Positions 27,805-35,569 of a stretch of DNA of 64,000 nucleotides are shown in pieces. Numbering within the stretch: the stretch's first letter is position 1; each line of letters opens with the position of its first letter. The translations under genes and the position numbers were made by a program. The DNA is taken from the NCBI RefSeq assembly GCF_965204935.1, contig NZ_CBDBFO010000002.1. One strand, 5' to 3'. A model generated the notes under the pieces. It ran no database searches. It was not told the origin of the DNA and was given only the letters and a program-made list of their open reading frames with translations. This DNA comes from Hoeflea sp. GTDB taxonomy: Bacteria > Pseudomonadota > Alphaproteobacteria > Rhizobiales > Rhizobiaceae.

Positions 27805-30800
27805 CTATCGCGGCCTCAAAAGGTTGAAACGACCCGACAGGCCGGTGGCCGCCTTGGCGATCTCCTGCATCTCGCCGGCCTCACCCGCGACCTTGCGAAG
27901 CCCCTCCAGCCGGCCGGCAGCCAGCAGGCATCGCTCCAGAATGTAAAGTGCGATCGCATCGCGGCCCCAGCAGTGGCGCGCCCTGACGCGCCCTTCAACG
28001 CCCGGACCCGTGTCGTATGAGGCGTTGCCGAAGAGCAGATAGTCGTCAATCTCGCGGATCGGGTGCTCCTGCACAAAGGGGTAAAGCGAGAACCGGTAGG
28101 GATCGTCAAAGACGGCGGCGTCCAGATTGGCTGCGGGGATCAGCGCAGCAACCCATTCGCCGGCATCGAGGCGCCCGCCGCTCTCAAGTTCGGTGGCCTT
28201 GACGCAGCGGCGCATGAGCATGGCGAAATTGGGTTTCAGCCGCTCGGCCTCGTAGATCAGCTGCGTTGCCAGCGAGTATCCGCACTTGTCGGCACTGTCC
28301 GGTTCCAGTCCCTGTTTCCTGACGAGGTCGAACAGGCTCGGCAGGCTGATCCGGAACGTCATCAGCGTGTCCATGATGTTGCCGAAGGTGGACGGAATGG
28401 CCGCCATGGTCGATGCGATAAGCTCAAACAGGATGGCCGCCACGTCGGCATGGTACTGGGCGCTCGTATAGCCTTTGTACTCGCGCAGCTTCTGCTCCTC
28501 GACGGCGATAAAGGCGTCGAGCAGCGTGCGTGTCCTTGCCGGCCGGACCGACCAGGCATCACTGATGAGCCGGTTAAGGTGGTTCAGCAGTTCCGCTCCC
28601 GCCTGCTCTGACAGGTTCATCAGCGTCTTGTAGGACAGGACATTTCCGAACACGTCGCCAAGCGTCAGGATGGACCAGATCTGCATGGTTGCGAGGCCCG
28701 GGTCCCTGGGCATCTTGCCCTTTGAGACGCTCAGCCAGTCCGGATGGAGGTGCCCGACATGCTGGCGCGCGAACGGCAGCGCTATCCCAAGCTCGGTAAT
28801 CCATGCCGGGCCGGGTGTTCCGAAGAGATCCGACAGGACCGCGTAGGAAACATCGCTCGCCAGATCGCGAACCAGATCGATCCGGTGGCTGTCGCCGGTG
28901 CGTGCCAAAGCCATCTCGATGCGGTTCGACACGATATCGCCAAGACGGCTGTGCACGCCGCCGCCGCCCCTGTCGTCACGATGGGCCGCATCCAGCGCTT
29001 GCCAGGCATCGCCCAGGATCGAATAGAGCCGGGTGCGGCGCTCCCTGCTTGCAGCCGGAAACTGCGCCGTTCCAATCAGCATGTCATCGCCGCGCAGCAC
29101 ACGTCGTCCGGACAGGCTGTAGTGATCGACGGAGAACTGTTCCTGGCCTTGCTTGTCGACCAGCCTGAGGATGTCGGCGACATCGCGGTGCCTTCCGACA
29201 AAGCAGACAGGGCTGTCCAGCCCGTCCGGCTCGTGCAGCGTCGCGCCGTCATTATAGGGCGAACTGCCGGGAATATCCGGCAGTTTGGCCCGGATCAGCG
29301 ACACGTTCTTGTCCCTCAGGAAGCGGCCGACAAATCCGCGGATGCGTTTTTCGGTAAAAAGACCCGGCGTTTGCGGATCGGTCATGCTGTGTCCGTTCGC
29401 CAAGAGCTCGGACGTGTCGAGCTCGAACCGCTCATGCAGCGCCATGGCTTCGATCGCGTCCTGGCTGGGCGCGAAGAAATAGTCGCCGCCCCGCGTGATC
29501 ACGAAGCGCGGTATCCGGCTGACCGGCACCGCAGCGCCCGATTCAAGGAACCGGTCCCCGGTTTCACCCGTATTGGAGCCGGCGATCGGACAGCGGTTGA
29601 GGCCTGCCTGCCCCATGAACTCGCCGCCATTCATCCAGTCGGCCTGTATCACCTCGAACTGCAGGTCGATACGGGCATTGGCGGCAATGAAAAGCAGCCC
29701 GCGTTTTTTGCCGTCGCCACGCGAACTGTCGTCAAGAAGCGGGCCGCCATAACCGATGCCGCGGCGTAGCAAGCGATGGCGGCGCACATCATTGCGGCCA
29801 CCGATGTCACGCGGGTTGGTGCGGCGCACGTGTGAGCCGAGCGGGCACTTCGTTCCTTTCGGGTCGTCCCGCACGAAAAGGAAATCGTTGATCTTGCGAT
29901 CGCTTTCCGGCCCGATTGCTCGCGGTCCGTCCGGCGACAGGACCAGTGGCGTTCCGTTCTTCCAGCGCCCCATGAACTGCGCCGCCAGCTTCTCCTGCGC
30001 CCTTTCATCGTCCGGCCGCTGCTGCGCCAGGAAATCCCGGAAACCGACGACGTCCTGCTCCAGCTTTCTGAAGATGATGAAGGTCGCGCCGTCGCGCAGC
30101 AGCTTGTTGGCCGGCTGCCGGGCATGATTGCCGTCCTCGTCCGGAAATCCCAGATAGATTTCCCCGGGCGCCACCGGTGTCCATGTGCCGTTGGGCCCCG
30201 GCATTGCGCCGCCGGGCATCGGTTTTCCGAGTTTCATATCGACAAAGGGCTGGCTGATTCCGTCCCGGAACCCGAAATGCTCTTTCCTGTATCCGGATGT
30301 GACGGCTTTGCCGTCCTCGACCGAATAGGGATCCTGGCCAAGTTCGATATGCACGATTTCCATCCCCAAGAAGCGGAACAGGCCGCCGAGCATGGTGCGC
30401 AGTGCCTTTCCACGCGCGCCGTTGCGGTTGTTGAAATCATCGATATCGCGGCGCAACGCGTCCCAGCTGGCCTCCGGCCCCATGTCCCATTTCCCGTCGC
30501 CGATGACATCGCCGACCTGGAAACCGCCGGTGAAGTAGCCGTGCACTGAGCTCAGACCCAGCTCGCCGTCCCAGTTCTCCGGTGCGCTCGGGCCGTCATC
30601 GCCGAGCCGTTTCGCACGCGCCGCCATGCCCTGTTTGAACACATCCGGAAACGAGCGCAGCGTGTTCGCATCGACATCCAGTTTTTCCAGTCCGGGAAAC
30701 GTGAAGGCGACATTCACGGGCACCGGATCGAAGCTCTGCTTCTTTCGCTCGGCGCCGTATCCGTCCGCCTGCGCCCGCTCATTGCGCAAGGGCGATGCAC

Positions 30801-31590
30801 CGGCAGCGGAAGCGGCATCGCGCGCCAGTTTGGCCTGCCGCAACAATTCGTATGCGCAAAGCGCGACCAGCCGGTGAGAAACCACCTGGACACCGGCCTG
30901 CCCCGGATCGTCACCGAACGCGCTCAGGTCGAAAATACTGGCGACCGCCTTGCGGATTTTCGGATCGCGGCTCTTGAGGAACATGGCAAGGGCCAGGATC
31001 AGCGCCACGAGATCGCGTTCGTTTTCAAGGCCGCGGCTGAATGTCTTCTGTGCCCATTCAATGGCGCCGAAAACGCCACCGCCTTTTTTCAAGGCCGCCG
31101 AAAGCGTTTCAACAAGTTTGAGGATCTTGGGGCTTGGCGGTTTGTTGCCGCCGACCGCCAAAAAGCCGTCCAGCTGCTTGAGAAGCGCGCCGTGATCGCC
31201 TGTCGACAACAACTTCAGCCATGCCCGGAACGCGTCGCAGGCAAGGTTCTCGGCCAGCGGGTTTGCCGATGCTGACGTTTCGTCGGTTCCGTTTTCTTCA
31301 GTATCAGCCGCCGCGGATCGCGCGAGATGCGGCGATGCGAGCTCCGTTGCGTAGTCTGTCGTGCCGGACGTTTTCTTCTTCGGCGCGCTGGATGACAAAG
31401 CTTCCTTCGCCAGCTTTGCAAAGAGCAGCCGCGACGATTCCATCTCCGTCTTGCTCAAGATGCGGAAGAAGACGAACAGTGACCAGTTGCGGGTTTTGCC
31501 ATTGGCAAATTTCGACGGCTGGCCGAGATGCGCCTGGATTCTTGCGGCGGTGTCGGCGAGTTTGCTGTCGTCCATGATCCTATCGGACAT
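27805..31590 (-). CDS. Large fusion protein: DyP-type haem peroxidase domain (with a long N-terminal insertion) + C-terminal cytochrome-P450-like domain
   Basis: DyP motifs: NWSLFVFFRI, VNVAFTFPGL, FGFRDGISQP (Asp codon 30262-30264), PLGSHVRRTNPR (His codon 29830-29832), LLRRGIGYG and LLFIAANA..QFE.IQ. P450 motifs: YEAERL (ExxR, 28240-28251), DDPYRFS, and a Cys loop ...RARHCWGRD (Cys codon 27970-27972). GAGGAGG lies upstream of the ATG at 31590. Confidence 0.7.
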   Translation of the reverse strand: MSDRIMDDSKLADTAARIQAHLGQPSKFANGKTRNWSLFVFFRILSKTEMESSRLLFAKLAKEALSSSAPKKKTSGTTDYATELASPHLARSAAADTEENGTDETSASANPLAENLACDAFRAWLKLLSTGDHGALLKQLDGFLAVGGNKPPSPKILKLVETLSAALKKGGGVFGAIEWAQKTFSRGLENERDLVALILALAMFLKSRDPKIRKAVASIFDLSAFGDDPGQAGVQVVSHRLVALCAYELLRQAKLARDAASAAGASPLRNERAQADGYGAERKKQSFDPVPVNVAFTFPGLEKLDVDANTLRSFPDVFKQGMAARAKRLGDDGPSAPENWDGELGLSSVHGYFTGGFQVGDVIGDGKWDMGPEASWDALRRDIDDFNNRNGARGKALRTMLGGLFRFLGMEIVHIELGQDPYSVEDGKAVTSGYRKEHFGFRDGISQPFVDMKLGKPMPGGAMPGPNGTWTPVAPGEIYLGFPDEDGNHARQPANKLLRDGATFIIFRKLEQDVVGFRDFLAQQRPDDERAQEKLAAQFMGRWKNGTPLVLSPDGPRAIGPESDRKINDFLFVRDDPKGTKCPLGSHVRRTNPRDIGGRNDVRRHRLLRRGIGYGGPLLDDSSRGDGKKRGLLFIAANARIDLQFEVIQADWMNGGEFMGQAGLNRCPIAGSNTGETGDRFLESGAAVPVSRIPRFVITRGGDYFFAPSQDAIEAMALHERFELDTSELLANGHSMTDPQTPGLFTEKRIRGFVGRFLRDKNVSLIRAKLPDIPGSSPYNDGATLHEPDGLDSPVCFVGRHRDVADILRLVDKQGQEQFSVDHYSLSGRRVLRGDDMLIGTAQFPAASRERRTRLYSILGDAWQALDAAHRDDRGGGGVHSRLGDIVSNRIEMALARTGDSHRIDLVRDLASDVSYAVLSDLFGTPGPAWITELGIALPFARQHVGHLHPDWLSVSKGKMPRDPGLATMQIWSILTLGDVFGNVLSYKTLMNLSEQAGAELLNHLNRLISDAWSVRPARTRTLLDAFIAVEEQKLREYKGYTSAQYHADVAAILFELIASTMAAIPSTFGNIMDTLMTFRISLPSLFDLVRKQGLEPDSADKCGYSLATQLIYEAERLKPNFAMLMRRCVKATELESGGRLDAGEWVAALIPAANLDAAVFDDPYRFSLYPFVQEHPIREIDDYLLFGNASYDTGPGVEGRVRARHCWGRDAIALYILERCLLAAGRLEGLRKVAGEAGEMQEIAKAATGLSGRFNLLRPR

Positions 31591-31592
31591 TC

Positions 31593-32426
31593 TCAAACCT
31601 CCTCGTCGCTTTTCATGCGGTAGGTTCCGCCAGGGGTCGGGAAATCCGACGCGTATTGACCGGTCTCGCGCAGAAACTCGTCAAAGAGTTCATCCATGTT
31701 TTCCACCTTCCGGCCGGTCGGCGAACGCACCTTCTCCACGAAAGCGTCAAAGCAAAGCTTGAAGTCCTCGAGCTGTTTGATGCGCGCGACCGTTAGATCC
31801 GGATAGGCGCACAGGAACAGATCGACCGGCACCTGGTAGCGGCGGATCCACTGCCAGAACTTTTCAAAGTCCCGGGTCGAGGGAAAATCGACGCAATTGA
31901 CGAAGACGTCATCGAAATCGCGCGCCAGGAATTGCGCGATGTCCCTGAAATAGACCTTCAGGTCGCCGTCGAACGAGACGATCGTCAGCAGCCAGGAATG
32001 GAAACCGGGTGCCGGGGCAGCGGCGGCATTGCCCGTTGCGCCGGCATCAACCGGATTGCTGTCCGCGCCGACCACGCTGATCTCGAATTCGTCCATCGGC
32101 CTGGGGATGCTGAATTGGCCCTGCGGCCCCGGTGATGAACCGCCGGAATCATAATAGGCGACGTCGCTTGCGCTGGAATTTGTCAGATATTGCTCCGGTC
32201 GGATGATCATCATGCGTCCGAAATGAATGCTGGAGATCGTGTTCAGCTGATGCGGAATTCCCCGGTCCGCGCGGTTCGCGATCGATTCGATCACACGCCG
32301 AAGTTTTTCCTCGTAGGTCAGTCTCTCGCCGGGTGCGCGACCCAGGATGATGGGCGCCATGACGGCAATCTCGGTAACGCCGCCCATGGTCGCGGACATC
32401 GACCAGTTCAACAGCTCGCGTTCCAT
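31593..32426 (-). CDS. Hypothetical protein (277 aa) tightly coupled to the DyP-P450 gene
   Basis: GGGGAGA lies upstream of the ATG at 32426 (MERELLNW...). The stop is 2 nt before the downstream ATG, and the RBS of the next gene lies inside its last codons. No recognised catalytic motif. Conserved-looking stretches: SIHFGRMMII and WLLTIVSFDGDLKVYFRDIAQFL. Confidence 0.6.
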   Translation of the reverse strand: MERELLNWSMSATMGGVTEIAVMAPIILGRAPGERLTYEEKLRRVIESIANRADRGIPHQLNTISSIHFGRMMIIRPEQYLTNSSASDVAYYDSGGSSPGPQGQFSIPRPMDEFEISVVGADSNPVDAGATGNAAAAPAPGFHSWLLTIVSFDGDLKVYFRDIAQFLARDFDDVFVNCVDFPSTRDFEKFWQWIRRYQVPVDLFLCAYPDLTVARIKQLEDFKLCFDAFVEKVRSPTGRKVENMDELFDEFLRETGQYASDFPTPGGTYRMKSDEEV

Positions 32427-32515
32427 AACATCTCCCCTCGAAATTGAGCGGCCGCGGCCAGACAACCTTGTGTGTTGTCGATAGCCGCCTAAGCCGACCC
32501 GCGAAAGCGGTCACA

Positions 32516-34174
32516 TTATTCGTTCGTTATACTCTGAAAGGTCTCCGTCAAAGCCGCAAGTGCGGGATCGCCCGACAATCGCACCGCCCGCACAAGCGGT
32601 CCCGAAACGGCAATTCTCCGGCTCTCTCCGTGACCCGTTGTGCCGCTCCACTGCGCCCGGATATGGGCAAGCCGCAATGCGAGATTGGCAATCTCCGGGC
32701 CGAACCGCGACCAGTCGAAGGTTTCATCGGACGGCTTGAGCTGAGTCGCCTCATAAACAAGGCGCTTGATGTCGGCATGGCCGCTCGCCGGCTGATTTTC
32801 GTCCTCGCAGCTATCCGGGATTTCGGCCGGGTTGAGACGCAGCAGCGCCTCGGCATCAATGATACCTGCGCCCATGCGGCCTTTGTTCCAGCCGGTCGGA
32901 ACCCGCGCCGTGTGGCTAATCGCGCTGCGGAACAGTTCCTGCAGCGGCATGCCGCGTCGTTTGGCTTCGGCGATCAGGTTGTCGCGGCCGTGCCGGTTGA
33001 GCCAGAGCGCTGCAATGCCCGAAACCAGGGCCGCTGAATAGGATGTGCCCTGTCCTTCCGCGATGGTTGGCCGGCTGCCGTCGCGGACGTCGTGCTTGGC
33101 GCGCCACACCATCTCAGCCGGTGCGGCGATGTCGACCGTCGATCCGGCGCAACTGCCACGCCACTTGCGGTCGTTGACATTGGTTCCGCCGACCGCGATC
33201 ACTTCGCTGTAACGGGCGGGATAGACGGCAAGACCGATACAGTTTCCGGCGGCGGCGACGACGATGAGGTTGGCATCGACCGCTCTCTGGATCGCCTTGC
33301 GCAGAGCCTCGCTTCCAAGGCCGCCAAGGCTCATCGATATGATGTGACATCCCGAAAGCCGGGCATGGTTGACGGCGCGTGCAATGGGCGCCGGGTTCAC
33401 GACGCGCACATCGTGGACACAGCGAATGGGGACGAGATGCGCCCCGGGTGCTGCGCCGCTGATTTCGCCCGACCGGCGACCGATCGTCACACTGGCAATG
33501 CCGCTCCCATGGCCAGGGCTGGCGGTCTCGGGATCCAGCGGGTCCGTCGGATCGCCATCGCCTTCGAGAATATTCGCCGCGAGGTCCAGCCGCAGGCTGT
33601 CTGTTTCGATTTCGTCATGATCGGCAATGCCCGTATCCGGCTGGGCGATGAAGACGCCCTTGCCCCGGTCCGGCGACAAATGCCACGCCGCCATGACGCG
33701 GGTGTTTTCGAGCGCCCATTTCTTGTCGGCGGGTGCTGGTCCGTTGACCCAGCAAAGGCTGCCCGCGACCGCGGCGCTCTCGGATGTGGCTTCGGGCGGC
33801 TCAGGCACGGTCATGATGTGCTCGCCGATACACGGCTCGCACGACACCAGGTCCAGCTTGTCACGCAACTCATAGGCGATCGCGAACAAAGCATCCGATG
33901 CACGCCCGGTCGGAACTCCGGGAAATCGCAGGACGACGAAATGCGCCAGTTCGTCGGCACAGCGCGGAAAGAGCGGCTCGAGCGCAAAATCGAGCGTATC
34001 AAGGACGCCGGCGACTTCCCTGCGCGCCAGGCTGAAGTCGGGTCTTGCCCGATACTGAAGGACAAAGCCCAGTTCATCGGCAGGCAGCGCGTTGCGATAG
34101 GGTTCGCTGATCGCGATGTTGCGGCTGACCTCTGGTCTGACCAACAGGTGGTTGAGTGTCCTAATCGGCGTCAT
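32516..34174 (-). CDS. S8-family (subtilisin-like) serine peptidase with no signal peptide and with N- and C-terminal extensions
   Basis: Catalytic triad contexts QPDTGI (Asp), PGHGSGIASV (His) and GTSYSAALVSG (Ser). Oxyanion Asn in VVAAAGN. About 170 aa precede the catalytic domain and about 130 aa follow it. Confidence 0.85.
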   Translation of the reverse strand: MTPIRTLNHLLVRPEVSRNIAISEPYRNALPADELGFVLQYRARPDFSLARREVAGVLDTLDFALEPLFPRCADELAHFVVLRFPGVPTGRASDALFAIAYELRDKLDLVSCEPCIGEHIMTVPEPPEATSESAAVAGSLCWVNGPAPADKKWALENTRVMAAWHLSPDRGKGVFIAQPDTGIADHDEIETDSLRLDLAANILEGDGDPTDPLDPETASPGHGSGIASVTIGRRSGEISGAAPGAHLVPIRCVHDVRVVNPAPIARAVNHARLSGCHIISMSLGGLGSEALRKAIQRAVDANLIVVAAAGNCIGLAVYPARYSEVIAVGGTNVNDRKWRGSCAGSTVDIAAPAEMVWRAKHDVRDGSRPTIAEGQGTSYSAALVSGIAALWLNRHGRDNLIAEAKRRGMPLQELFRSAISHTARVPTGWNKGRMGAGIIDAEALLRLNPAEIPDSCEDENQPASGHADIKRLVYEATQLKPSDETFDWSRFGPEIANLALRLAHIRAQWSGTTGHGESRRIAVSGPLVRAVRLSGDPALAALTETFQSITNE

Positions 34175-34272
34175 CAAAGCTTCCGGCTACCTGTCTTTTG
34201 TACATTCGGGCCGGCCTTTGGCAGGGACCGGCGCCAACAGGTCGAGCTATTGCATAACCGGGCAAGCGCAGA

Positions 34273-34288
34273 TGTGAGATAACTCACA
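34273..34288. promoter_or_regulatory. Perfect CRP-type box TGTGA-GATAAC-TCACA in the divergent promoter region between the S8 operon and the crp-like gene
   Basis: The palindrome extends to aTGTGAG-ATAA-CTCACAt (34272-34289). Two further TCACA half-sites lie at 34290-34294 and 34299-34303. Confidence 0.55.
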
Positions 34289-34402
34289 TTCACACGGATC
34301 ACATACGCAGGGTTGCAATTGTGTCAGCTGCAGAAAAACTTGCTGCAAGCCCCATATAATGGCGCTAGTCTTAACGCAGTGATTGGCCCAGGGGTGGGGT
34401 TG

Positions 34403-35095
34403 ATGAAGTCGGGCGCGAAAAATCTGTTGTATCTTGTCGATCTGCTGGCGGATCTCGAGGTCGGCCAACTGAACGACATTGGCGAGACCTGTGAGTGGAT
34501 CCGCGTCTCGAAGGGCCAGGAGGTCATCAGCCAGAATCAGCAGACAACCGACGCCTATTTTATCGTCGAGGGCAGCGTCGCCGCCAAGGGCTACTCCGTC
34601 GACGGCAAGGAAGTTACCTACGCAGAGATTTCGGCCGGCCAGGTTTTCGGCGAATTCTCGGCGATCGACAAGCGGCCCCGATCGGCCGCCGTGGAGGCGC
34701 TTGAGGACAGCTACCTCGCCCGAATGGACTCCGACCAGTTTCGCGCCCTGATCGCGGACTACCCGGTCCTTGGTTTGAAGCTCGCCGAACTTCTGGTTCG
34801 CAAGAACCGGAGCCTGACGGACCGGATGTTCGAATACAGCACCATGGCGGTTCACCAGCGCATCTGCACGGAGCTGTTGCGCATGGTCGACGCCAGCGAT
34901 GGCGGCGATACGTTCCTTATCGAGCCGGCGCCGTCGCACTACCAGATCGCAACGAAGCTCAGCACACACCGCGAAGCGGTCAGCAAGGAACTGGCGCGGC
35001 TGTCGAAGCTCGGCATTGTCAATTCCGGCCGCCGCAAGATCGAAGTGCTCGACGTCGAGCGACTGCGCCAGCTGGCGCAATCGGGCATCTACTAG
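34403..35095 (+). CDS. Crp/Fnr-family transcriptional regulator (cNMP-binding domain + HTH)
   Basis: cNMP-binding signature GQVFGEFSAIDKRPRSAAVEA. C-terminal HTH YQIATKLSTHREAVSKELARLSKLGIV. Start chosen at the ATG at 34403 (MKSGAKNLLY); the track start at 34313 is TTG. Confidence 0.85.
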   Translation: MKSGAKNLLYLVDLLADLEVGQLNDIGETCEWIRVSKGQEVISQNQQTTDAYFIVEGSVAAKGYSVDGKEVTYAEISAGQVFGEFSAIDKRPRSAAVEALEDSYLARMDSDQFRALIADYPVLGLKLAELLVRKNRSLTDRMFEYSTMAVHQRICTELLRMVDASDGGDTFLIEPAPSHYQIATKLSTHREAVSKELARLSKLGIVNSGRRKIEVLDVERLRQLAQSGIY

Positions 35096-35569
35096 AGCAG
35101 AATTGCATCCCTGATTATCGCATCCGGCGGAGCCGCAATGACTAAAACTCTGCCGTTTGTGGGATTCCCCACATCCTGAACACCGGATATCGGACAATCT
35201 CGACCTGCATCGTGATGGGGGGATTCCGGACCGTTATCTCAGCCTGTCTTGCGGGCCCAAACGCAAGCGGCGGATAGCGGTCTGGAGACCTGATGCCCAT
35301 GCCGGGTTCCGCCCACCCGCGACCCGCGTTAGTCGACTCCCAAGCTCCCCTGTCCCTGCGATACTCCAGTCTTGCACGGACAGGGGCCGCCTGGCGTGCC
35401 GGCAATAGCTAATCCGGCGCGCCGGGCGGGTTCAATAGAGGCCGGGTCACTTCAAGTATTGCGCCGGAATCCGGCAAACAATATTTCTTCATCAAGGAAC
35501 AAACCGCCACAATTGCGCTATAGTTTCCCAAAAGGTGTCAAACGAGACTCTTTCCCAAGGAGCGTATTG

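Noticed and set aside
32427-32515. Search for a short RiPP-type precursor ORF in the gap between the S8 peptidase and the 277-aa gene. This was prompted by the protease + P450 combination.
   Set aside because: I found no start codon with a ribosome-binding site and no plausible peptide frame in the 89-bp gap, which contains only two small hairpins. Very short precursors elsewhere in the locus cannot be excluded by eye.
34247-35197. A 316-aa minus-strand ORF overlapping the Crp/Fnr gene and the CRP-box region.
   Set aside because: It is antisense to a gene with clear cNMP-binding and HTH motifs, and it would run through the divergent promoter. It has no motifs of its own.
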